This document shows, piece by piece, positions 1-10,105 of a stretch of DNA of 53,067 nucleotides. The notes below the pieces were generated by a model. That model saw only the letters and a list, made by a program, of their open reading frames with translations. It was not told the origin of the DNA and did no database searches. The position numbers and the translations under genes are program-made. The stretch's first letter is position 1, and each line of letters begins with the position of its first letter. The stretch is from positions 1 to 53,067 of the IMG/VR virus record IMGVR_UViG_3300043773_001180. One strand, given 5' to 3'. This DNA is from a virus (lineage: Duplodnaviria > Caudoviricetes).

Positions 1-213
1 GACCCTGAAGTTCCTGATGACCCTGAAGTTCCTGATGACCCTGAAGTTCCTGATGACCCTGAAGTTCCTGATGACCCTGAAGTTCCTGATGACCCTGAAG
101 TTCCTGATGACCCTGAAGTTCCTGATGACCCCGAAGTTCCTGATGACCCTGAAGTTCCCGATGACCCTGAAGTTCCCGATGACCCTGAAGTTCCTGATGA
201 CCCTGAAGTTCCT
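1..213 (-). repeat. Near-perfect 18-bp tandem repeat (gaccctgaagttcctgat), about 12 copies, encoding GTSGSS
   Basis: Directly visible; continues past the window edge. Confidence 0.95.
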
Positions 214-3200
214 GACGAACCTGCCCCAGATGCGGATAATGTTAGTATATTTCCACCAGAATCGAACGCCAAATACCCAGCAGGCGTACCTGGAAAAGAA
301 CTCGTTGATGTGTACTTAGTAAAACTAACTTGTCCGTTATTATGGTTTACCGAGAAATCTTCTGCTGTACTTGTGGTATCATTACCACGCATTATTCTAA
401 ATCGGTTTTGGTAATTATCTATATGTGAGGCAGAGACATAAGTATTCCCTGCTTGTAAAACTAATTGACCACCCTCTCCTGTTCCCCTTGCACCCAAATA
501 TAAATTTGCCTCATTGGATGTACTCGTTGTTCCAATAGCAAGTGTAACAGACGATTGTACAGACGATTGTGATATGGTTAAATACGTCGAAGCGGTTGCT
601 GCATTTGTAGTACCATCTGAAAATAATACACGTAAATTACCTGGGTTGTTTATAGTATTAAACCCAATACCAGAAGTTCCCGATGTTCCAGACGAACCAT
701 TTGCACCTGATGTTCCCGATGAACCATTTGCACCTGATGTTCCCGATGAACCACGTGTTCCCGATGTACCCGATGATCCAGTTTGACCAGATGTTCCTGA
801 AGAACCTGATGTTCCTGACGTGCCTGACGTGCCCGATGATCCAGTTTGACCTGATGTACCCGATGAACCATTCGCCCCTGAAGTTCCTGATGTACCCGAT
901 GAACCATTCGCCCCTGAAGTTCCTGATGTACCAGATGAACCATTTGCACCTGATGTTCCAGACGAACCATTTGCACCTGATGTTCCCGATGTACCTGATG
1001 TTCCTGACGTGCCTGATGACCCATTCTGACCTGATGTTCCTGATGACCCATTCTGACCTGATGTTCCTGATGACCCATTTACCCCTGATGTGCCTGATGA
1101 CCCATTCTGACCTGATGTTCCAGATGTACCCGATGATCCAGTTTGACCAGAGGTTCCAGATGTACCCGATGATCCAGTTTGACCAGAGGTTCCAGATGTA
1201 CCCGATGAACCATTCGCCCCCGATGTTCCCGATGAACCTGATGTTCCTGACGTGCCTGATGACCCATTTGCCCCTGATGTTCCTGATGAACCATTCGCCC
1301 CTGATGTTCCCGATGAACCATTCGCCCCTGAAGTTCCTGATGTACCATTTGCACCAGATGTTCCTGACGATCCACGTGTTCCCGATGTTCCCGATGAACC
1401 ATTTGCACCGGATGTTCCTGAGGAACCGGATGTTCCTGATGTACCAGACGAACCAGTTTGACCCGATGTGCCCGATGAACCACCTATCCCTGAAGTACCC
1501 GATGAACCAGTCTGACCTGATGTTCCCGATGATCCAGAACTACCGGACGTCCCTGACGATCCACTCTGACCAGATGTACCAGAACTTCCTGATGTGCCCG
1601 ATGTACCAAATGTTTGACCTGATGTTCCCGATGACCCAGATGCCCCAGATGACCCCGTTTGTCCTGATGTACCGGAAGTTCCACCACTTCCACTTCCACC
1701 ACCGCCACCAGATGTCCCTGCATAATAAACATTCCCATTTTCATCTACGGCACCTTTTATTATTATATGTTTACCATCCCATTTAACATACGATTGTCCA
1801 TTTAAATCAAAATCACAACCACAGTCTCCAGATAGTCCACCGCCCAAATCACCACCACCAACACCACCTCCCGGAGCCGATGGATCTATGGGTGCACCAG
1901 ATGAGCCACTACAACCAAGTAACATACTTGAATTATTACCAACGAGTGATAAATCAAATGAAGGAGGTGTAGTTCTAAAATCAATAAGAGAACCACACTC
2001 ATTTATCATTTGTATTGTTGTTTGTGAGTAATCGCCTGTATCATACGGATCACCGGTTGTAATACCGAATCCATAATTAGATGCAGTATCTGGGTATAAT
2101 AAGGTATGTTCAATGCCTTTGTATTTATGACTATGAATAGATGAACCTGATGTTACTCCATTTATGTTGGAATACAATACCATATTACTCTGTGTATATG
2201 GTGATAGGTAAACCGAACCTGTTATCATATTATCATCGCCATAAACAAATGCATTTCCACCACGAAAATAAATGTCATTTTTTATAACATTAAGATTTGT
2301 TTCAGTCATATTTGAGTTGAAAAACTGAACCTTGAATGTTAGATATTCATTTCTATGGTCTATCTTTAATGGAACATATAATCGTGTTCTGTTTGGACTA
2401 AACCCATTATCCAAATCTTCGATTATACGAACATTTCCTATTGCACATCCCGGCCTAATTATAAACTTCAATATACCCGTTCCATTTAAATCAACGGGTA
2501 TTTTCATTTCGTAATCTACAACCGTAGTGGAATCCTTACTCGACGTTGGTATTGATCCTATTAATTTTCCTATTGTGTTTGTATTTCCGAAAGAACTACC
2601 GGTAATGTATGCAGTTATACCCGGTCCACGATTATCTGCCGTTCTATCGTATATGGTATAATCGAATTTTAATCTGTAATCGGTATCGGTATAAAATGGA
2701 ATACTAAGGCTACTCGTCTGAACAAGTAATAATTCATCTGATCCAGACATAGCAGTTATTGGTGAAAGTGTTAGTCCCCCAAATATATCATCGTTAACAG
2801 TTACGATACTACCGGTTGGACCAGTTGGGTTTAATTTTTCAAGATTCCAATAATCTTGAAATCCCAAATTTGATAGTAATAATTCACTTGGATTGGAATG
2901 ACGATACGATAAATCACCATCGAATTTACCGATAGGATATTCTATAAAATTTGACGTAGTATCTGTTAAAATATTGTTAGGATTAACTTCTTCATCATAT
3001 ATTAACTCATAATCTGAATTTGTTTTGAATCTACTTTTACAGAAAACTTTAATGCGACTTACCTGACCGGAGTCTGGTGATAATCCATCTATATCAATTT
3101 TTGCGTATGACTTTATATTCTGTGTTATTAAGTGAGATACAGGTGCCCTTGAAAAAGTTACTTCATACGGTTGTGATTGTACGTATGTTAGTGGTAAATC

Positions 3201-3995
3201 ATATATGTAATATAGGTTATTTGGATTATATTCACTATATGTGTAAACTACCAACGGATCATTTAATTGAAGTTCAAACGGCGTGGGGACATTAACAACG
3301 GTACTTTTATAACTAAAATTGACCGCTTCCGAAAAAACAGGCTGTGTAATTTCACCTACATTTGGGAATTTAATTATGGCATTTTTATATTCTCTTTGAA
3401 AATTATTGTTGCCAGTATTAAGATACGGAATACCGTCTCTTAGGTAATAAGAGCCGGTTCCGGTTGCAGTTTCTGTTATAGTGTTTGTGGGAAATTTTTG
3501 TTCTATTATAGAAAAAATACGCTCTTCAACAGATACTGTGGGTTCTTCCAGATATATTACTTCCGAATTATTTTTCTTCTTCGGATTTACATATATTACG
3601 TGCTCATACTTAAAATTATTATCGGTTACTTCAGATTGTGGTAGTCTGATTAAATTCTCATCATAGAGTGATGATCCAATAAAAGTTATAGTACAATCAC
3701 CGGCGGGAGTTGTTTCGTAAATATAAACGACGGCAACAAGTGAACCATCATCTTCTTTTAAAGAAATTATTTCATGGTAAATCGGATTTCCGTTAACATC
3801 TAATATTTCTATATCAATCGGTTTTAATGGATTTAATCTAACCGAATTTGGTCTAAATTTAAATATATTTTTACCCGACGTGAATTGTTCGGGCATGAAA
3901 CTTATACGAAAAAACGATGGTGAGTTTAACGTATAATCTACAAACCGTGTGTTTATTGAAGTAAGATTTCTTTTATTTTTTTGTTTTATTAACAT
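1..3995 (-). CDS. Large tail fibre/virion protein with Pro-free Gly-X-X (GTS/GSS/GAN/GQT) repeats; runs off the left edge (>=1331 aa)
   Basis: ATG at 3995 with GAGG upstream, MLIKQKNKRNLTSINTRFVDY...; the same frame reads GTSGSS through the repeats at the window edge; missing from the ORF track, consistent with no in-window stop. Confidence 0.85.
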   Translation of the reverse strand, partial: MLIKQKNKRNLTSINTRFVDYTLNSPSFFRISFMPEQFTSGKNIFKFRPNSVRLNPLKPIDIEILDVNGNPIYHEIISLKEDDGSLVAVVYIYETTPAGDCTITFIGSSLYDENLIRLPQSEVTDNNFKYEHVIYVNPKKKNNSEVIYLEEPTVSVEERIFSIIEQKFPTNTITETATGTGSYYLRDGIPYLNTGNNNFQREYKNAIIKFPNVGEITQPVFSEAVNFSYKSTVVNVPTPFELQLNDPLVVYTYSEYNPNNLYYIYDLPLTYVQSQPYEVTFSRAPVSHLITQNIKSYAKIDIDGLSPDSGQVSRIKVFCKSRFKTNSDYELIYDEEVNPNNILTDTTSNFIEYPIGKFDGDLSYRHSNPSELLLSNLGFQDYWNLEKLNPTGPTGSIVTVNDDIFGGLTLSPITAMSGSDELLLVQTSSLSIPFYTDTDYRLKFDYTIYDRTADNRGPGITAYITGSSFGNTNTIGKLIGSIPTSSKDSTTVVDYEMKIPVDLNGTGILKFIIRPGCAIGNVRIIEDLDNGFSPNRTRLYVPLKIDHRNEYLTFKVQFFNSNMTETNLNVIKNDIYFRGGNAFVYGDDNMITGSVYLSPYTQSNMVLYSNINGVTSGSSIHSHKYKGIEHTLLYPDTASNYGFGITTGDPYDTGDYSQTTIQMINECGSLIDFRTTPPSFDLSLVGNNSSMLLGCSGSSGAPIDPSAPGGGVGGGDLGGGLSGDCGCDFDLNGQSYVKWDGKHIIIKGAVDENGNVYYAGTSGGGGGSGSGGTSGTSGQTGSSGASGSSGTSGQTFGTSGTSGSSGTSGQSGSSGTSGSSGSSGTSGQTGSSGTSGIGGSSGTSGQTGSSGTSGTSGSSGTSGANGSSGTSGTRGSSGTSGANGTSGTSGANGSSGTSGANGSSGTSGANGSSGTSGTSGSSGTSGANGSSGTSGTSGQTGSSGTSGTSGQTGSSGTSGTSGQNGSSGTSGVNGSSGTSGQNGSSGTSGQNGSSGTSGTSGTSGTSGANGSSGTSGANGSSGTSGTSGANGSSGTSGTSGANGSSGTSGQTGSSGTSGTSGTSGSSGTSGQTGSSGTSGTRGSSGTSGANGSSGTSGANGSSGTSGTSGIGFNTINNPGNLRVLFSDGTTNAATASTYLTISQSSVQSSVTLAIGTTSTSNEANLYLGARGTGEGGQLVLQAGNTYVSASHIDNYQNRFRIMRGNDTTSTAEDFSVNHNNGQVSFTKYTSTSSFPGTPAGYLAFDSGGNILTLSASGAGSSGTSGSSGTSGSSGTSGSSGTSGSSGTSGSSGTSGSSGTSGSSGTSGSSGTSGSSGTSGSSGTSGSSGTSG
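670..1720 (-). repeat. Degenerate 9-bp-periodic repeat encoding about 350 aa of Gly-X-X triplets
   Basis: cctgatgtt/cccgatgaa/ccatttgca units translate to GTS, GSS, GAN, GQT, GQN on the - strand. Confidence 0.92.
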
Positions 3996-4022
3996 AAACC
4001 TCTACATGAATAGTCCAATACC

Positions 4023-4032
4023 TATAAATATA
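4023..4032 (-). promoter_or_regulatory. Putative late promoter TATATTTATA
   Basis: One of six intergenic copies; about 28 bp upstream of the fibre ATG. Confidence 0.6.
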
Positions 4033-4050
4033 GAGTCCATGAAAACTACA

Positions 4051-7000
4051 TTAAAATCTAACCACCGAGAATCCATTTTCTTTATGAATATCTATAACAC
4101 TATCAACAATATCTCGTAAAGCATCAATATGTGATATTGTAAGAAGAAAATCAAATTGTGTCTTCATATACTCGAAGAACATACTAATAGAATTTAAATT
4201 ATCCGAATCCAATGTACCCCACCCTTCATCTATACCTATGAAATTTGGTCTTGGTAAGGAAGATATATTGATAAGGGCGGTACGAATTGCAAGTGAAGAA
4301 ATAAACTTCTCCATACCGGATGTCATTTCTAAAGGCCAATAATTTTCTGAATCATAGAGAATAAAGGTGTTTATAGATTTACCATCTGTATCGAATAAAA
4401 TTTCAAAGTCAACTATTTGAGATAAAATAGAATTTACTTCAGATTGTATTTTTGGTATTGCATCGGAAATAAGTTGATATGGAACTCCATTTCTATTTAC
4501 CGATTTTAAATAGTAATCGTAAGCAACATACTTCGATTCTAACTCCTGTAATTTCTTTATAGAATCTGTGGAGTCTTTTATAATCCTCTCCTGAATTTTT
4601 AGCTCACCATTAACATAGATAATTTCAGAATCTATTTTGTTAAATTCTTTGTTGTAATTATCTCGATTGTGTTCAAGAGTTTCAATTTTTACTTGTATTT
4701 TTTCATTATATCGTATATCGCTTTTATTTATAATAAATTTATGTATAAGTTCCTCTGTCTCGGACATCTTATTTAAAAATTTATCACAATTAGATTTATA
4801 CTTTGTAATAGAATTTTCTATTTCAGATACTTTTCGTTGGTCTGTTAAAATTTTCTTTTCTAATTCATTGAATGACTTTATAGATTCCGACGGATTTTGA
4901 ATAGAACCTATTTCAATTTCCACGTTATTGATTTCTGATCTGACTTCAAATAATTGTTTCTTCAAATCTAAAAGTATTTTTTCCGCGTTCTTTGCATCTT
5001 GAACAAACACATTATTAACACAATACTGACAATCTGGATCGTATTCATGTGTTGATAGATTATCCAATTTAGATTGATTGTGTGATATGTTTAATATTAT
5101 GTTTTCGGATGTATTTCGTAGATTGGTAAGTTTATTCTGTAATCCATCTAATTTTTTCTTATCTTCCAAAAGAATCGAATAATCTATGCCTTGTAATTTC
5201 TCCTGTTCCTTACTTAAATTATCGACTAATATATTGAGTTCGTCTTGTAATTTATTTACATTCTGTTCACACAATATATTTTGTTCGCCCAATTCTTTTT
5301 TAAGTTCAATTAAATCTTCAAGAGTTTGGCCAAGCAAACTTGTGTCTATTGGCTTTAAAGATTTTGTTAAAGATATTATCTTCTTATTGGTTGATTCAAT
5401 ACTCTTTTTAAGTTTATTTTTTTCAACACTTAAATTTGAAAGTTGTTCGGAAAATTCATTGTATTTTGTGTTTGCATCTGTTATCTTTGTGGAATAATCT
5501 TGGCGAGAATACTCTTTAATTAGAGTTTGTACCGATTTTATTTCATCAATCGCTATTGCATTTAATTCTTCAAACAAATTCAAATCAAGAAATTGTGCCA
5601 AAAGGTCTTTACGTTCACTTTGTGTCTTATCTATAAAGTTGGTATTGTTTCCTTGTAGAGAAAGTGCAGTTATAATAAAATCATCATACGTTCCAAGATA
5701 ATTTCGTATTGAAGAATTTGTACCATCTCTATCATCCCCATTCAGAGACTTTATTTCACCATTTTCTTCACACCAAAAATTAAGAGTTACTTTAACATTA
5801 CCTTGTTTATTCTTTTTACCAAAACGTTCTATGAAATAATCAACTCCGTTTATTTGAAATTGAAATTTACATCTAAAGTCATCTTTCTTATTATTTATAA
5901 TTTGTGATGCCTTATATGTTCTTGAACATTTATCAAATATACAAAACATAAGGGCATCCAATATAGAAGATTTACCACTTGCGTTGGATGCAAATATACC
6001 ATACGTTCCATTCATTTGGGAAAAATCAATCCAATTATTCGCCCCGTAGGAAAACATATTATCAAATTCAAATCTAATCGGAGTCCAAATAACATTTCTC
6101 AAAACAACATTTTGGTCTATCTGACGATTTATTTCTCTATTTATTTTACGAACCTCATCTACAACATCATCTTGAACAGAAAAATTCTTTTCCAAATATT
6201 CCGTTATTAATTTATTCTGATATTCAACATCACGAACATCACCGATTGAAATTTTTGTATTTGAATTTTCATCGGTTAAATTAGATGTCATTTTTTGAAT
6301 ACGAATATCATCTATTTTAATTAAGGATTTTAGTTTAGTTATCTGTTTAAATAATTGTGAATTTGATGTGTTGAAGGAACGAACTCGTATTCTATTATTT
6401 ATAGAAAAAGTAGTTGGTAAGTTTACAAATTTACCACCATCAACATCTATGGTATAGTATGCCCAATCGTTATTTATACGAACAAACTTAGAAGTACCAT
6501 CTAATAGATTCCAATTAATTATACCATGTTCCGTACCTTCCCCGAAGTTTTGTTGAATCAATGAACCTGCATACGCAAACTTAGAATTTGTATCTAAATA
6601 CTGGAATGAATGGATGTCACCGAACATACCATAATCAAATCCATCAAAACATTGTATATTTAATCTACTATTATTTATAGTATTTCCCGAACTAAGGTAT
6701 GCCCTATCCAAGGCACCATGATACAATACAATTTTTATATTATCACTTTTAACGTCATTTGCATAAATAAAATTATCGGGGTTCTCATGCACCGCGTTCA
6801 ATATAAAATCAACGCCACCGAGAGTATAGACCCCTGTATCTTTAAAATAAAAGAAGTCTGGTGTATCTATGGAATCTACGATTGGTGATAAAGCGTCCAA
6901 ACGATTACGGTTATTCAGATTCATATCGTGATTGCCGGCAATAAGAATCACAGGTGCAATATCGGCAAGGTTGACAAGAAAGTTTCTCGTCATTACGATA

Positions 7001-7221
7001 AGTTCTGGAGACATATCTGTTTTTGCATGAACAATATCTCCGGCAAGATAAATGATTGTGTTTTTATCTTGTTGGACTTGTTCTTTACAATAATCATATA
7101 CCCGATTGAATACTGACTCGTATTCATCGTGTCTCTTGAAATTACGAATGTGAACGTCAGCAATGTGAATGACGTTATCTACTTTGTTTACTCTGTTTGA
7201 ACTGAGTGTTTGATGTATCAT
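4051..7221 (-). CDS. Mre11/SbcD nuclease fused to Rad50/SbcC ATPase (gp47-gp46-like fusion)
   Basis: HIADVH, LAGD and GNHD phosphoesterase motifs; Walker A NASGKS; coiled coil with CQYC hook; signature TSGMEK; Walker B IGIDEG; ISH. Confidence 0.93.
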   Translation of the reverse strand: MIHQTLSSNRVNKVDNVIHIADVHIRNFKRHDEYESVFNRVYDYCKEQVQQDKNTIIYLAGDIVHAKTDMSPELIVMTRNFLVNLADIAPVILIAGNHDMNLNNRNRLDALSPIVDSIDTPDFFYFKDTGVYTLGGVDFILNAVHENPDNFIYANDVKSDNIKIVLYHGALDRAYLSSGNTINNSRLNIQCFDGFDYGMFGDIHSFQYLDTNSKFAYAGSLIQQNFGEGTEHGIINWNLLDGTSKFVRINNDWAYYTIDVDGGKFVNLPTTFSINNRIRVRSFNTSNSQLFKQITKLKSLIKIDDIRIQKMTSNLTDENSNTKISIGDVRDVEYQNKLITEYLEKNFSVQDDVVDEVRKINREINRQIDQNVVLRNVIWTPIRFEFDNMFSYGANNWIDFSQMNGTYGIFASNASGKSSILDALMFCIFDKCSRTYKASQIINNKKDDFRCKFQFQINGVDYFIERFGKKNKQGNVKVTLNFWCEENGEIKSLNGDDRDGTNSSIRNYLGTYDDFIITALSLQGNNTNFIDKTQSERKDLLAQFLDLNLFEELNAIAIDEIKSVQTLIKEYSRQDYSTKITDANTKYNEFSEQLSNLSVEKNKLKKSIESTNKKIISLTKSLKPIDTSLLGQTLEDLIELKKELGEQNILCEQNVNKLQDELNILVDNLSKEQEKLQGIDYSILLEDKKKLDGLQNKLTNLRNTSENIILNISHNQSKLDNLSTHEYDPDCQYCVNNVFVQDAKNAEKILLDLKKQLFEVRSEINNVEIEIGSIQNPSESIKSFNELEKKILTDQRKVSEIENSITKYKSNCDKFLNKMSETEELIHKFIINKSDIRYNEKIQVKIETLEHNRDNYNKEFNKIDSEIIYVNGELKIQERIIKDSTDSIKKLQELESKYVAYDYYLKSVNRNGVPYQLISDAIPKIQSEVNSILSQIVDFEILFDTDGKSINTFILYDSENYWPLEMTSGMEKFISSLAIRTALINISSLPRPNFIGIDEGWGTLDSDNLNSISMFFEYMKTQFDFLLTISHIDALRDIVDSVIDIHKENGFSVVRF

Positions 7222-7261
7222 ATAAAACTACTAGATTTACACTATGTTGTTATTTTTTTGA

Positions 7262-7465
7262 TTACCGTGGTTTAGCACGATGTTTTACCTTACGCCAGAC
7301 GGCAGTGGAATATTGAATCATTCTCTTTTCAAATGCACCATTACGTCTTTCTCTGGTACGTTTGAGTTTCTTTTCAAATCTATCAATTCTGTAATCATAA
7401 CATTTCATCAAAACATTATCATAGATTTGTTTGGCTTTACCTATAAATGATTCTATTTGTTTCAT
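7262..7465 (-). CDS. Small basic hypothetical protein
   Basis: Start overlaps the primase stop; fills the gap in the operon. Confidence 0.6.
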   Translation of the reverse strand: MKQIESFIGKAKQIYDNVLMKCYDYRIDRFEKKLKRTRERRNGAFEKRMIQYSTAVWRKVKHRAKPR

Positions 7466-8418
7466 ACTAATATCCTTTCTTTTATTAAATCGAATCCATC
7501 TACCGATTGGATGGTACTAATATACTGCGAAAATCTTTCAAAACCAAATTCATTTATATCTTTATCTGGAAGTTTTACCATACTCGTTTTAATTCCGTTT
7601 GAAGTCAACCACTCACAAATCTTTATGGAGTCCTTGATTGCATCATTATCAAGGGCAACAATAACTTTCGGTGGTTTACGAATGAGTATCTTTTCTTTTA
7701 GGAGAGGTTGTATTATTTTACCGAATAACGGAATAGTATTAAACCGAGCGGATATAGCATCAAAGACACCCTCAACGAGTGTAATAGGTTCATTCCAATT
7801 TATAAATGAATCAAATCCAATGATGTTTTTAGAAACCGGCGGATTTTTATATTTTGAATTTACGTCATCAAATATAGTTCTTGATACGAAGAAATTTAAG
7901 TTAAAGTTTTCATCATACGATGGAACGATGATTCTACCACCATAGGCACCAGTAGGACAATAACCGATATTATATCTGAAGATGTCTGTTGGTAATATAG
8001 AACGTGTCTTCAAGTAGGTTATTGCCTGTTTTAGTTGCATTGAAACTGATATGTCTGTTACAGATTTGAACTCGATGAGTTTAATAAATTCCGGCGGTAA
8101 TCTTAAATCTTCGTCTCGTTTACCACCCGGTGTATTAAAATTGTGTAGAGACTTTGTTTTTACTATCTTATTTAAAGATTCGTAGTGGTGTTTATCTACC
8201 TTTAATTTTTTAAACAAAGCATATATCGTTCCACCCTTTTCATTAGAGACCCAGCAATGCCAAAAGTTTTGGTTCTTAGAATTAGACTCTAAATTTATCT
8301 CTAACTTTGGTTTGTAGTGTGAAACAAATGGGGAAAAGAAGGAATAGTTGTTGCCGGAGGTCTTCTTTCCTTTACCTAAAACTTGTTCTAATAGATGTAA
8401 TAAGTCTGTGTTTACCAT
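7462..8418 (-). CDS. DNA primase (TOPRIM) with degenerate N-terminal Zn finger
   Basis: YLKTRSI, GRIIVP, KYKNP, LVEGVFD, DND, KDINE; likely start MVNTDLL at 8418 downstream of the promoter. Confidence 0.88.
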   Translation of the reverse strand: MVNTDLLHLLEQVLGKGKKTSGNNYSFFSPFVSHYKPKLEINLESNSKNQNFWHCWVSNEKGGTIYALFKKLKVDKHHYESLNKIVKTKSLHNFNTPGGKRDEDLRLPPEFIKLIEFKSVTDISVSMQLKQAITYLKTRSILPTDIFRYNIGYCPTGAYGGRIIVPSYDENFNLNFFVSRTIFDDVNSKYKNPPVSKNIIGFDSFINWNEPITLVEGVFDAISARFNTIPLFGKIIQPLLKEKILIRKPPKVIVALDNDAIKDSIKICEWLTSNGIKTSMVKLPDKDINEFGFERFSQYISTIQSVDGFDLIKERILV

Positions 8419-8425
8419 AGTGAAA

Positions 8426-8457
8426 CAAATATACAACTATTTGGGGGGATTTACAAA
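8426..8457 (-). promoter_or_regulatory. Bacteroidota sigmaA-type promoter TTTG-N20-TATATTTG
   Basis: Matches the -33 TTTG / -7 TAnnTTTG consensus directly upstream of the primase. Confidence 0.75.
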
Positions 8458-8460
8458 TGA

Positions 8461-8994
8461 TTATTTTTGATGTGCAAAATCCCAAAGGTTTTTTAGTTCA
8501 TCAGATGAATGTGGAACTATATTTTCCAACTCACGTTCTTTTCTCTTTACAGAAGTTATCGAATACGTCTTTATTACCTTTACCTTACCAACTTCATTTT
8601 GTGGTAGAAATATCTCATTTCCAAATCCACGAGAAACCTGTTTTAGAAATTTTGGATCTACTTGTGATAAATCTAACAAAGCAGCAAAACCTCTACCCGT
8701 CTTTTTATAGTTGTCCAACCAGTTTTCTACATCACTGGTAATCATCAATCCCTTTGTTCCACCCTCACCACTACCCATAGAACTCATGTCTCGTGGCGAA
8801 TAATCGGAAGAAGGTTTGAAATCAGATGAATCGGTTATATGCCAATAATACCCGTGACCTATATCTACACTGAAGAATTTTTCGAATGACTGATAGTCGT
8901 TGAATTTCTTGGCGTGTGCAACCAGTACATTCAGAGGAAATCTGTTGTAATTTTTTTGAGTTTCCTCGTTCAATATGTCTTTGAGTTTTATCAT
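8461..8994 (-). CDS. MIKLKDILNE-leader protein; possible ADP-ribosyltransferase fold
   Basis: Shared leader; WHIT...GLMITSD...GNEIF motif order. Confidence 0.6.
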   Translation of the reverse strand: MIKLKDILNEETQKNYNRFPLNVLVAHAKKFNDYQSFEKFFSVDIGHGYYWHITDSSDFKPSSDYSPRDMSSMGSGEGGTKGLMITSDVENWLDNYKKTGRGFAALLDLSQVDPKFLKQVSRGFGNEIFLPQNEVGKVKVIKTYSITSVKRKERELENIVPHSSDELKNLWDFAHQK

Positions 8995-9010
8995 GGTATA
9001 TTCACAATAC

Positions 9011-9616
9011 TTAGGTTGTTTGTATCTTTATTTTTCGTTCCCAACCACGTTCATATTTGGTTACACCAATGAGTTCCAGCTTAGAGTCGTCAACTACCGT
9101 GGTTTCCTGTTCATTCAAATTATTGAAGTAATCAAATGGTATCGCAACATTACGTGGCGGTGTCTTTACAACCACGACGTATGGTGTAGTTCCCATACCC
9201 TTTGTTGCACCAGGCGTATCTTCATCATACCAACTACTCGTTATATCCACTATATTTTCCAACTTTCCTTTGTCTGAGACCCAGTGTCTTCCCAACTCTT
9301 TTTTGTTCAAGTACCGTAAAGATTTCAACCACAGGACTCTGTATAGGATTCCCCCCTCTTCATAGTATTGGGCAACTTCATATAGATTTGATAATGCCTC
9401 AAATATGTAGTACGGCTCATATGAACCGTAGTAACTTCTTATACTACCGAGGTGTTTTTCTTCGATGTCCTTCTTTGTAATTTTCTCATTCCCGACTTGA
9501 ACTAACACGTCATCGGGTTTGTAGCTATTCCACTCTTTCGCGTATTCTTCTTCTGCCGAGTACTCGTGAAGTTTAGATGGATGCAATTCAGACAATATGT
9601 CTTTGAGTTTTATCAT
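9011..9616 (-). CDS. MIKLKDILSE-leader protein; possible ADP-ribosyltransferase fold
   Basis: Shared leader; ILYR...LGRHWVS...NEQE (ExE) motif order. Confidence 0.6.
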   Translation of the reverse strand: MIKLKDILSELHPSKLHEYSAEEEYAKEWNSYKPDDVLVQVGNEKITKKDIEEKHLGSIRSYYGSYEPYYIFEALSNLYEVAQYYEEGGILYRVLWLKSLRYLNKKELGRHWVSDKGKLENIVDITSSWYDEDTPGATKGMGTTPYVVVVKTPPRNVAIPFDYFNNLNEQETTVVDDSKLELIGVTKYERGWERKIKIQTT

Positions 9617-9635
9617 GGGAGATTTACAATAATAA

Positions 9636-10082
9636 TTAGTCGGCGTTTAATTTTGCCATCATCTGTTGTAAACGTAGTTTTCTTTCCGCCGCCGGATCTT
9701 CTTTTGTTTTATACTTGATATAACCAAACGAAACTAGAACATCAAACGTGTACTCCCAATCGTCCATGCCGGTGGACATCGTGTATGTTTTACCCTTGAA
9801 TGAAATTTTATTTACTCCAGATTTGTTCCAAGTACGAGATGGATCGTATGCCTTGGAAAGTTGCTTCCATGTCTTATCATCTACACGAAATTTATCAACA
9901 AACCACTTTTTAACATCACCATACCATTTTCGATAACCTTCTGTATTAGTGATGTTATAGCCTTTTTTGTGTGCATCTGGAAACAATGACTTATACATCT
10001 GTTTGTATTTCTCGTATGCTTCTGAATCTGTATTGGTCGAAATACTTACTGCCTCAGTTAGTATATCTTTCAACTTTATCAA
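9636..10082 (-). CDS. MIKLKDILTE-leader protein of unknown function
   Basis: TTG start at 10082, 6 nt after GGAG, gives the same leader as its two neighbours. Confidence 0.7.
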   Translation of the reverse strand: MIKLKDILTEAVSISTNTDSEAYEKYKQMYKSLFPDAHKKGYNITNTEGYRKWYGDVKKWFVDKFRVDDKTWKQLSKAYDPSRTWNKSGVNKISFKGKTYTMSTGMDDWEYTFDVLVSFGYIKYKTKEDPAAERKLRLQQMMAKLNAD

Positions 10083-10105
10083 TCGAATCTCCAAATATTA
10101 TATCA

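Noticed and set aside
1-213. Possible CRISPR array
   Set aside because: Contiguous 18-bp tandem units with no spacers, in-frame coding, and no cas genes
17-1786. Repetitive ORFs in other frames (MTLKFL.., PDVPDEP.., EHQV..)
   Set aside because: Shadows of the Gly-X-X repeat; the frame continuous with the ATG at 3995 is the plausible gene
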